In this document: positions 56,645 through 64,000 of the stretch, piece by piece
Position numbering within the stretch: position 1 is the stretch's first letter
Layout: the number at the start of each line of letters is the position of its first letter
Source of the DNA: Bacteroidota bacterium
GTDB taxonomy: Bacteria; Bacteroidota; Ignavibacteria; Palsa-1295
Direction of reading: 5' to 3'
DNA: 64,000 nucleotides
NCBI GenBank assembly: GCA_021324685.1
Contig: JAJPIQ010000008.1
Coordinates: forward strand, 47,343 to 111,342
Notes under the pieces: generated by a model
What the model was told of the DNA's origin: nothing
The model's input: the letters and a program-made list of their open reading frames with translations, nothing else
The model's database searches: none
Position numbers and translations under genes: made by a program

Positions 56645-57130
56645 ATGGACACCGAAAAACATGTTTATCGCGTGCGGCTCGACTTTCTCTATCAGTCGAT
56701 CGCGGTCTATGCGGCAACGCTTGTCGTCTACCTGATCATTCGTTCCATCGCCGAATGGCATATCTTTCCGACCTTATGGCAGGACCCCTTACTCTTGCTC
56801 TTATCTGCGATCACGCTGATCAGTGCACTGGCCCTCGCCTATAACATTTTTATGCGCCGCCAAATTGAAATTACGCGCGATGCCCTTCGTTTCACGAGCC
56901 GGGCGCGGACCCGATCGATCGAGCGAACCAATGTCGCGTTCGTCCAGATCGGTCCCCGAGGGCGCGAAGTGCGCCGCGTGCGGGCCGTTCGCATTCGCTT
57001 GCGAAATCAGAAACGTCCCATTCGCATTCGGCTTTCGAATTTTGAACGCAGCCGAAAATTATTAACCGACCTGGAGGAATGGGCCGGGCCACTAGCTTCC
57101 GCGCGAAGCACACGTCCCGCGCAGGCCTGA
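56645..57130 (+). CDS. Hypothetical small membrane protein located between murG and murC
   Basis: 161 aa. Two TM helices (IAVYAATLVVYLII; LLLLLSAITLISALALAY) followed by an Arg-rich tail. Not a canonical dcw gene. Confidence 0.45.
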   Translation: MDTEKHVYRVRLDFLYQSIAVYAATLVVYLIIRSIAEWHIFPTLWQDPLLLLLSAITLISALALAYNIFMRRQIEITRDALRFTSRARTRSIERTNVAFVQIGPRGREVRRVRAVRIRLRNQKRPIRIRLSNFERSRKLLTDLEEWAGPLASARSTRPAQA

Positions 57131-57134
57131 CAAA

Positions 57135-58544
57135 GTGCAACGCGTTCATTTTATCGGTATTGGCGGTGCGGGCATGAGCGGCCTCGCAGAAATACTTCTG
57201 TTGCGCGGCGTTTCCGTTTCCGGAAGCGACTTAGCACCGAATAAAAAAACTGCCGAGCTGGAGGCCCTGGGCGCATCGATCTTTATCGGGCATGACGCAA
57301 AACATGTCGAAGGTTCGGATGTGGTCGTCTATTCTTCCGCAGCGGCGTCCGACAATATCGAACGGAATGCCGCTGCAACGCTGGGGATCCGCCAGGTGCG
57401 CCGCGCCGAATTTATGGCGGAGCTTCTGAAGGAGCATACCGTCATTGCCGTTGCCGGCACGCACGGAAAGACGACCGTAACCAGCATGATCGCTTCTATT
57501 TTTATCGAAGCGCGGCTCGATCCCCTGGTACTGGTCGGGGCAAGCGTTCCGGAACTCGGAAATAAAAATTCTCGAGCGGGCTCCGGAAAAATCGCCATCG
57601 TTGAAGCCGATGAATTCGACCGCAGCTTCCTCGCGCTTTCTCCATTTCTTGCGGTGATGACGACACTCGAAGCCGAACACCTCGATATTTATGGAACGAT
57701 CGAATCCCTGAAGGACGCGTTCGTGGAGTTCGCGAATCAGGGACCCTCCAACGGATATGCCATCGTTTGTCTCGATGAGACCGTCCTGCGCGAAATTACG
57801 CCACGGCTGAAAAAGCGTATCGTCTCGTATGGGATTCATTCGCCCGAAGCAAAATATCGCGCGCGCGATATTTCCATCGCCCGATCGAAAACTCGCGCGA
57901 CCGTGCTCCGGGGAAGTGAAGTCATTGGCGAACTGGAACTCAGGGTTCCCGGTGAGCACAATATCAAAAATGCGCTTGCGGCGATCGCCGTTGCCGATGC
58001 CTTTGCCATCCCGCTGGAGCGGTCGATCCATGCGCTGAAGCGCTTTGGCGGCGCTGAACGGCGCTTTCAAACGATCGGGGAAGCCGGCCGCACCGTCGTG
58101 ATCGACGATTATGCGCACCATCCGACCGAAGTCCGGGCGACGCTCGCCACGGCCCGAGCCTTATATCCGGAGCAACGGATCGTCGCCTGTTTTCAGCCGC
58201 ACACATTCACGCGCACGCGGGACTTTGCCGAAATGTTCGGCGAAGTCCTGGCTTCGATGGCGAACGTTACCGTCCTTCTCGACATCTATCCGGCCCGCGA
58301 GGAGCCGATCGAGGGCGTCACATCGCGCCTGATCGCGGAGGCGGCGCGATCGGCCGGGATCAAAGAGCTCCATGAAACAAGAATGCCTTCCGACCTTCCG
58401 AATGTTTTACGCGGTATCGTCCAGGAGGGCGATGTGATCCTGACGATGGGCGCCGGACCCATTACCGACGCGGCCCCAAAAATTGTTGAAATGCTGAACG
58501 AACGCATGCCGGTCTCGGCACAAGAAATCGATTCTGCGGTATGA
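57135..58544 (+). CDS. murC: UDP-N-acetylmuramate--L-alanine ligase
   Basis: 469 aa. HFIGIGGAGMSGLAEILL and VAGTHGKTTVTSMIAS motifs. Confidence 0.9.
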   Translation: MQRVHFIGIGGAGMSGLAEILLLRGVSVSGSDLAPNKKTAELEALGASIFIGHDAKHVEGSDVVVYSSAAASDNIERNAAATLGIRQVRRAEFMAELLKEHTVIAVAGTHGKTTVTSMIASIFIEARLDPLVLVGASVPELGNKNSRAGSGKIAIVEADEFDRSFLALSPFLAVMTTLEAEHLDIYGTIESLKDAFVEFANQGPSNGYAIVCLDETVLREITPRLKKRIVSYGIHSPEAKYRARDISIARSKTRATVLRGSEVIGELELRVPGEHNIKNALAAIAVADAFAIPLERSIHALKRFGGAERRFQTIGEAGRTVVIDDYAHHPTEVRATLATARALYPEQRIVACFQPHTFTRTRDFAEMFGEVLASMANVTVLLDIYPAREEPIEGVTSRLIAEAARSAGIKELHETRMPSDLPNVLRGIVQEGDVILTMGAGPITDAAPKIVEMLNERMPVSAQEIDSAV

Positions 58545-59833
58545 TGCTCCCAGACAACGAAAATATAGTTCCGATTGCCGGCGAAGCTCCGGCAGCGACG
58601 GTCCCGGAACGAAGCGACGACGACACCGCTGCGGACTCCTCGCCCGCTGCCGTGGAGGAAAAGCATTCCCAAACGCCGCCGCGCGACCGGACCGATCGCA
58701 CAAACCGGAACGACCGGAAAAACCGAAATGAGCGCCCGCAGCGCCGGAACGCGCGCGCGACCGCGGGACCGAAGCCGGCGATTTTTACGCGCGTCGTCGC
58801 GATCAGTTGGTCGGCCGCTCGGGAGCCGATCGACGACCTCTTCTGGGCCGAAGCCATGGTCGAAGGCGATTGGACCGTGGTCCGCTACCTCGACCGCATT
58901 CGTTCCCGAAAGGAACTGCTCGAGCGGATTCTCGACCTCAAGCACGGACTGGTCGCACTCGATTTTAACTTCGGGTTCCCAACCGATTTTTACGATTTTT
59001 TGGCCGCCTCGGAAGGAGTGTCGGACTGGCAAAGCCTCCTCAGGGCCGCCCGGAACGACCTCAAAAAGAATATGGAGGACGGCCTTCGGCTCTGGGTCGA
59101 GCGGCTGGGCCGTTATCGCGAGTCGAGGCTCGACTCCTCGATGCCTCGCGGCAAACTTCAGAGATCGAAACGCTACGACGACTGGGGCTGGAATTTTCAA
59201 CAAAAGTCCTTAGCGCCGCACGAACAGCGTTCGATCGCACAGCGATTTCGCCGGACCGATTATCCGCTGCGGAACGCCGCCGGCGAAAACCTGATGAGCA
59301 CCATGCAGATCGGTTATAACCGGCTGACGCGGCGCTACGAATTCAACGGTAATATTCGCGGCCGCGGAACCGTGCTCGGCCTTGCGCTGCTCGACCAGTT
59401 GTTGGAGGCCGACCGAAAGGACCTCGCCATTTGGCCGATGATGAAGCCGCGGCCGCTGACCATCGTCGAATCGCTCCCGTGGTTATTTACCGGCGGGAAG
59501 GATCTGGAGCCGGCGGCCTTTGCCAACCTGATCGCAAGCTATGAGGATGCCGGCTGGGACATTCCGTCCGCGATCGAAGGCTGGGCCGAGCGAAGTACCG
59601 ATGCGCAACGCGCGCTGCGGACGCTCTTCGGAATTTTAAAAACAGAACGCCGGCTCGAACGCCGTTCGGAGCGTCACCGGCCGATCCGCGAATATAGCGA
59701 AGAACTCTATCGCGATCCCCAGGTCCAGCGCGAAGGCTGGATTTATGGCCTCGGCTATCGCCCTCGCGAAGAAGCCCGGGAGACGGTCGAAGCCACGCCC
59801 GAAGCGGAGGAAGTTCCTTCGCTGGAAGCATAA
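58541..59833 (+). CDS. Hypothetical protein occupying the murB/ddl position between murC and ftsQ; basic low-complexity N-terminus
   Basis: 430 aa. Start overlaps the murC stop (ATGA). N-terminal RDRTDRTNRNDRKNRNERPQRRNARA. No recognisable catalytic motif. A DUF429/RNase-H-like fold is only a guess. Confidence 0.5.
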   Translation: MMLPDNENIVPIAGEAPAATVPERSDDDTAADSSPAAVEEKHSQTPPRDRTDRTNRNDRKNRNERPQRRNARATAGPKPAIFTRVVAISWSAAREPIDDLFWAEAMVEGDWTVVRYLDRIRSRKELLERILDLKHGLVALDFNFGFPTDFYDFLAASEGVSDWQSLLRAARNDLKKNMEDGLRLWVERLGRYRESRLDSSMPRGKLQRSKRYDDWGWNFQQKSLAPHEQRSIAQRFRRTDYPLRNAAGENLMSTMQIGYNRLTRRYEFNGNIRGRGTVLGLALLDQLLEADRKDLAIWPMMKPRPLTIVESLPWLFTGGKDLEPAAFANLIASYEDAGWDIPSAIEGWAERSTDAQRALRTLFGILKTERRLERRSERHRPIREYSEELYRDPQVQREGWIYGLGYRPREEARETVEATPEAEEVPSLEA

Positions 59834-59928
59834 GTTCCTGAACGCTCGCTGAACTTCATTTTTTAACGAACGCAATCGAAGGATTGGCAGCCGCGATCGT
59901 TTGGTCGCTGCGATCGTAAAAAAATAAC

Positions 59929-61071
59929 GTGAAGTTCATCATTCAGCCGCAGGAGCGGAAAGAATTCGTCAATCTGCCGGAGACCGGAACGGATGCGCTC
60001 GTGCGCGCGCACCGGTCGGACCTGCTCGGCCAGGCCGACCGCCTGACGCCCGCTCCGGATTCGGATCCCGAACGTTCCGAGCCACCGCGCGATGCCTTTG
60101 CGGACTTTCTTTCGGGTCCGGTCGAGGAGTCGGAGTCCGAGCCGCACGCCGCGGCTTCGTGGAAGCATTCGAAGTGGGTCGGCATCCTGCCGGTCTGCGT
60201 CCTGGCCGTGCTCGGAATTATCTGGTACTTCGCCGCGCGCTCGGACAGCCAGCTCATGCTTTCCGAAATTCGGGTCGAAGGCGCAAATCTCCTGACCAGT
60301 CAGGAGATCATCTCGCTGGCGAAGATCGATGCAAAAGTTCCGTTTTACCAGATCGACCTGAAACCGGTCGAACTCCGGCTCCTGCAGCATTCCTTTATTC
60401 GGTCGGCCCACGTGCGGCGCGAATTGAACCCTCCGGCGCTCATTCTTTCGATCGAGGAGCGCCAGCCCGTCGCGATCCTCCGTTCCGATTCGACGAACGA
60501 AACGTTCCTGATCGATCGGGAAGGAATGCTGCTGCGGCCACGGCTCATCGCCGGCATCCGCGACCCGGCCCAGCTCCTGCAGGTCCCACTCCTCTCCGGG
60601 GTCTCCGAGCGGGACACCATGGCCTATCAGGGGATGGCAAAATTAGTCCAGTTCATCGTCTCGCTGAACTCGGGTTCCATGCAAAATGCGATCGGCGAAC
60701 TCCGGCGAACGCCGACGGGCGACTACGTGATCTATACGACCGAAACGCAGACCCCGATCTTCTTAGGTTCCCCGTTCGATGCGGAATACAAAGGGGCCCT
60801 CGAAGAACAGACCGATACCGTTCCCGCGCAAAAGGAACCGTTATTCGACCGCCAGCTCCGCCTATTGGCCAGCGTGTGGAAGACCAATATCCAGCCCCAG
60901 TTGCGGAGCGGGACTTCCCTCTACGTCGATGCGCGCTTTAATGGCCAGGTCATTCTGAAACACAAAAATTTTAATCGGACCGCTGCGCCGGCACAGGGCA
61001 CGGCGGTCGCATCCACCAATCTCATTGCAAACAGGTATGCAACGAACGCGAACGAGCGATCCAGTCACTGA
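59929..61071 (+). CDS. ftsQ: Cell division protein FtsQ/DivIB (POTRA domain)
   Basis: 380 aa. TM VGILPVCVLAVLGIIWYF, then POTRA-like LSEIRVEGANLLTSQEIISLA... Canonical position before ftsA. Confidence 0.7.
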   Translation: MKFIIQPQERKEFVNLPETGTDALVRAHRSDLLGQADRLTPAPDSDPERSEPPRDAFADFLSGPVEESESEPHAAASWKHSKWVGILPVCVLAVLGIIWYFAARSDSQLMLSEIRVEGANLLTSQEIISLAKIDAKVPFYQIDLKPVELRLLQHSFIRSAHVRRELNPPALILSIEERQPVAILRSDSTNETFLIDREGMLLRPRLIAGIRDPAQLLQVPLLSGVSERDTMAYQGMAKLVQFIVSLNSGSMQNAIGELRRTPTGDYVIYTTETQTPIFLGSPFDAEYKGALEEQTDTVPAQKEPLFDRQLRLLASVWKTNIQPQLRSGTSLYVDARFNGQVILKHKNFNRTAAPAQGTAVASTNLIANRYATNANERSSH

Positions 61072-61084
61072 TTCCATCGAGCCC

Positions 61085-62422
61085 ATGGCCCGCTATACTC
61101 CGATAAACTCCGCACCCATGATCGGCGTCCCGAGCGCGCTCGATCCCGGCCGTATCATCGTCGGCCTGGACGTCGGAACGACGAAAGTCTGCGCCATCGT
61201 CGCCGCGCTTTCCCTTCGGGAACCGCAGACCATGACGGTCCTCGGCGTGGGCCACGCCGCGGCGGACGGACTTTCGCGCGGCGTCGTAACGAATATCGAA
61301 AAGACCGTCCGCTCGATCGAACGCGCGATCGCCGAGGCCGAAGCCCAGAGCGGAGTCAAGATCCGCGAGGTCGTCGTCGGAATCGCGGGGGACCACATCC
61401 AGTCCTTCCAGTCCCGCGGCGTGGTAACTATTTCGAACGCCGAGCGGACCATCACGCAGGACGATGTGGACCGCCTCATCGAGGACACGAAAAAAGTTCA
61501 CCTCCCAATGGACCGCAAGATCCTGCACGTGATCCCGCAGGAGTACATCGTCGATGGACAGGACGGGATCTACGAGCCGATCGGAATGTCGGGCGTGCGC
61601 CTCGAAGCCAGCGTCCATATTATCAACGGCCTGGTGACTGCCGTCCAGAATATCCATAACTGTGTCGAACGCGCGGGGCTCCGCGTCCGCGATATTGTGC
61701 TCGAGCCGCTCGCCTCCAGCTATGCCGTACTCGACGACGAAGAGAAAGAGGTCGGCGTCGCGCTCGTCGATATCGGCGGCGGAACGACGGACATTGCCGT
61801 CTTCGAGGAACGGACGATCCGGCACACGGCGGTGATCGGCATCGCCGGACAAAAAGTTACCGACGATATCCGGAAAGGGCTCGGGATCCTGGGCGACCAG
61901 GCCGAACGCCTGAAATGCGAATACGGCTGTGCCGTCGTCTCGCATATTTTACGCGATGAAGTGATCCAGTTGCCGGGCCTCGCCGGAAGGAAACCGCGGG
62001 AGATCGCGAAGTCCGTCCTGGCACGAGTCATCCAGCCGCGCATGGAAGAGATCCTGGAATTCGCGCTGGCAGAAATTAAGCGGTCCGGCTATGCGCGGCA
62101 CCTCTCGGCGGGCGTCGTGCTCACGGGCGGCGGATCGATGACGAACGGCACGCGCGAACTTGCCGAAGAAATCTTCCAGATGCCGGTCAAGATCGGGATG
62201 CCGATGGGCTTTGGCGCGGGGCTCGTGAAAGAGGTCGAGTCGCCCGTCTTTTCGACGGCCGTCGGACTCGTACTCTATGCGTTCAAGCACCATGCGCCGC
62301 CGGCCTATATCGAAGAGGCCGCGTCGCAGGAACCCTCGTTCGAAACAGAGGACGACCCGAACCTGAGCGGCCAGGCCGGGAACATTTTTTCTCGGATGAA
62401 AGAATGGTTCGAACAGCTTTGA
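61085..62422 (+). CDS. ftsA: Cell division protein FtsA
   Basis: Start MARYTP.../MIGVPS... within ORF 61025..62422. IIVGLDVGTTKVCAIV, actin-like ATPase motifs (DIGGGTTDIAVF), and a C-terminal amphipathic tail. Confidence 0.85.
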   Translation: MARYTPINSAPMIGVPSALDPGRIIVGLDVGTTKVCAIVAALSLREPQTMTVLGVGHAAADGLSRGVVTNIEKTVRSIERAIAEAEAQSGVKIREVVVGIAGDHIQSFQSRGVVTISNAERTITQDDVDRLIEDTKKVHLPMDRKILHVIPQEYIVDGQDGIYEPIGMSGVRLEASVHIINGLVTAVQNIHNCVERAGLRVRDIVLEPLASSYAVLDDEEKEVGVALVDIGGGTTDIAVFEERTIRHTAVIGIAGQKVTDDIRKGLGILGDQAERLKCEYGCAVVSHILRDEVIQLPGLAGRKPREIAKSVLARVIQPRMEEILEFALAEIKRSGYARHLSAGVVLTGGGSMTNGTRELAEEIFQMPVKIGMPMGFGAGLVKEVESPVFSTAVGLVLYAFKHHAPPAYIEEAASQEPSFETEDDPNLSGQAGNIFSRMKEWFEQL

Positions 62423-62536
62423 GGCAGTGCTGAGCACATATCACTTTTTTTAGAGCACGTAGCACTTTTTTTTGAGTACTCAGCACTTTAACGTAGCACT
62501 TCACGTAGGACTTTTTTACTGCACTCTTTTACGAAC
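62423..62536. promoter_or_regulatory. ftsA-ftsZ intergenic region with five imperfect tandem (A/T)GCAC-Tn units (phased T-tracts)
   Basis: tgagcacatatcacttttttt / agagcacgtagcactttttttt / gagtactcagcacttta / acgtagcacttcacgtaggactttttt / actgcactctttt. T-runs recur at roughly 21-bp spacing. Confidence 0.45.
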
Positions 62537-64000
62537 ATGATAGAACTCGATACGAAACAAGATTATCGTGCGAAGATCCGAATTATCGGCATTGGCGGAG
62601 GGGGATCGAATGCCGTGAATTCGATGATCAACAAGGGCCTCGAGGGCGTCGAATTTTGCGTCCTGAATACGGACGTGCAGGCGCTCGAAAAAAGCACCGC
62701 GTCCACCAAACTGCAGATCGGCAAGAACCTGACGCGCGGCCTGGGCGCCGGCGCCGATCCCGAAGTCGGCCGCAAAGCGGTCGAGGAAGACCGTGAGGAG
62801 ATCAGCCGCATGATCGCAGGCAGCGATATGGTCTTCGTCACGGCGGGCATGGGTGGCGGCACGGGCACCGGGGGCGCGGCCTCCGTCGCGGCCATCGCGA
62901 AGTCCGTCGGCGCGCTCGTCGTGGGAATCGTTACCAAACCGTTCCAGTTCGAAGGAAAGCGCCGCTCGAAGCAGGCTGAAGAGGGCATCGAGGACCTGCG
63001 CAGCAATGTCGATACGCTCATCGTCATCCCCAACCAGAAGCTGCTCGCGCTCGTCGAGAACTCGACCTCGTTCTTGGACGGCTTCTCGCTCGCGAACCAG
63101 GTGCTCTATAATGCCACGCGCGGCATTTCGGAGCTCATCACGCGGCATGGCTACATCAACGTCGATTTTGCCGACGTCCGGACCGTCATGCGGGAGATGG
63201 GCGATGCCATCATGGGTTCCGGCGTGGGCCGTGGCGAGCACCGCGCTTCGATCGCGGCCGAGCAGGCGATCTCCTCGCCGCTCCTGGAAGGCGTGAAGAT
63301 CCAGGGCGCCCAGGGCGTGCTCGTGAATATCACGGGCGGACGCTCGATGTCGCTCCTCGAGGTAAGCGAGGCGACCCAGATCGTACACGATGCCGCCGGC
63401 GACGAGGCCAACATTATTTTTGGCGCCGTGCTCGATGAGTCGATGGAGGACGAGATCATGGTCACCGTGATCGCGACCGGATTTAATTCCCGGCCCAAAT
63501 ACAACGGCGGGCTCAGCCTGCGCGGCACTGAACGCCCGCGCGACATGGCCGACGAAACCCGACCCAAGCCCCGCGTGGAACGGATCCTCCAGCCCACCGC
63601 CGGACTGTCCGAGCGGGAACCCGTGGGCCGCGAGTTTGCAGGGCGCGAGCCTGGCGAACGCGAACTTAGCGAACGCGACGTTATCGAACACGAACCGGTG
63701 GGGCGCGAAGGGGGACTTGCCGTCGAAGAAGAGGGCGGCGAAATTCGGCTCCCGAAAGTCGAGCGGATCTACAAACCGCGCGGCACGCTTACCGAAAAAG
63801 AGCGCCGGGAGACCTACGACCGCCGCGAGTTCCCGGCCCGAGAGTCCGAACCGCAGCATATCGGCCAGATCTCGCGACTGACGCCGAAGACCGATTCGCG
63901 CCATGTGCCGAGCGGGCCTCGCGACCTCAAGGACTACGACCAGCCGGCCTACATGCGCCGCGGTATCGTCCTGCCGCCGATCGACGAGACGAGCGAAGAA
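62537..64000 (+). CDS. ftsZ: Cell division GTPase FtsZ; C-terminus truncated by the window end
   Basis: Not in the ORF track because it is open at the window edge. ATG at 62537 translates to MIELDTKQDYRAKIRIIGIGGGGSNAVNSMINKGLEGVEFCVLNTDVQAL..., with the tubulin signature GGGTGTG (…FVTAGMGGGTGTGGA…). Confidence 0.9.
   Translation, partial: MIELDTKQDYRAKIRIIGIGGGGSNAVNSMINKGLEGVEFCVLNTDVQALEKSTASTKLQIGKNLTRGLGAGADPEVGRKAVEEDREEISRMIAGSDMVFVTAGMGGGTGTGGAASVAAIAKSVGALVVGIVTKPFQFEGKRRSKQAEEGIEDLRSNVDTLIVIPNQKLLALVENSTSFLDGFSLANQVLYNATRGISELITRHGYINVDFADVRTVMREMGDAIMGSGVGRGEHRASIAAEQAISSPLLEGVKIQGAQGVLVNITGGRSMSLLEVSEATQIVHDAAGDEANIIFGAVLDESMEDEIMVTVIATGFNSRPKYNGGLSLRGTERPRDMADETRPKPRVERILQPTAGLSEREPVGREFAGREPGERELSERDVIEHEPVGREGGLAVEEEGGEIRLPKVERIYKPRGTLTEKERRETYDRREFPARESEPQHIGQISRLTPKTDSRHVPSGPRDLKDYDQPAYMRRGIVLPPIDETSEE

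Noticed and set aside
57231-58121. 296-aa minus-strand ORF
   Set aside because: Antisense to murC, whose sense frame has clear Mur ligase motifs.
62516-63904. 462-aa minus-strand ORF
   Set aside because: It is antisense to ftsZ, whose plus-strand frame carries the tubulin GGGTGTG signature. The minus frame is Arg/Ala/Gly-rich, typical of spurious ORFs in 60% GC DNA.
1-64000. Searches for tRNA, rRNA and CRISPR
   Set aside because: None of the intergenic regions shows tRNA T-arm/acceptor signatures (GGTTCGA(A/T)TCC). There are no rRNA-like stretches and no regularly spaced direct repeats with unique spacers. The only repeat arrays are the hairpin family and the short tandem repeats described above.

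Overview
This is a high-GC (~60%) bacterial chromosomal segment that looks origin-proximal. A T9SS C-terminal-domain protein and Bacteroidota-style promoter motifs suggest the FCB group (Ignavibacteria/Kapabacteria-like), but I cannot confirm that. The left edge carries the N-terminal 101 codons of dnaA on the minus strand. Upstream of it is a 750-bp intergenic region with DnaA-box-like 9-mers and an AT-rich stretch, which I read as a candidate oriC. Next come anmK, an ECF sigma/anti-sigma pair divergent from a large collagen-like/tail-fibre-like surface protein, and the rpmH-rnpA-yidD cluster; rpmH is below the ORF-track length cut-off and was found by hand. Housekeeping genes follow (purD, htrA, plsY, kdsB, a peptide ABC substrate-binding protein, sucC, an FAH-family hydrolase, an EamA transporter), together with many lipoprotein and outer-membrane genes, a second ECF sigma/anti-sigma locus, and a TetR-linked phenylacetyl-CoA epoxidase operon (paaA-D). 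The right third is a complete dcw cluster, mraZ-rsmH-ftsL-ftsI-murE-murF-mraY-murD-ftsW-murG-murC-ftsQ-ftsA-ftsZ; ftsZ is truncated by the window end. The most interesting signal is that both conserved operons (paa and dcw) are interrupted by low-GC insertions. Two tandem secreted YD-repeat paralogs and a GIY-YIG nuclease module sit inside paa, and a small membrane protein plus a DUF1311/LprI-like secreted protein sit between murD and ftsW. Each insertion is linked to a hairpin repeat family (stem CCGC/GCGG, loop GAAT) or to a 62-bp direct duplication that copies the 5' end, including the start codon, of the adjacent native gene (paaB or ftsW) onto the inserted gene. The dcw cluster also has an unknown 430-aa protein where murB/ddl normally sit, and a small membrane protein between murG and murC. 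I found no rRNA, tRNA or CRISPR.
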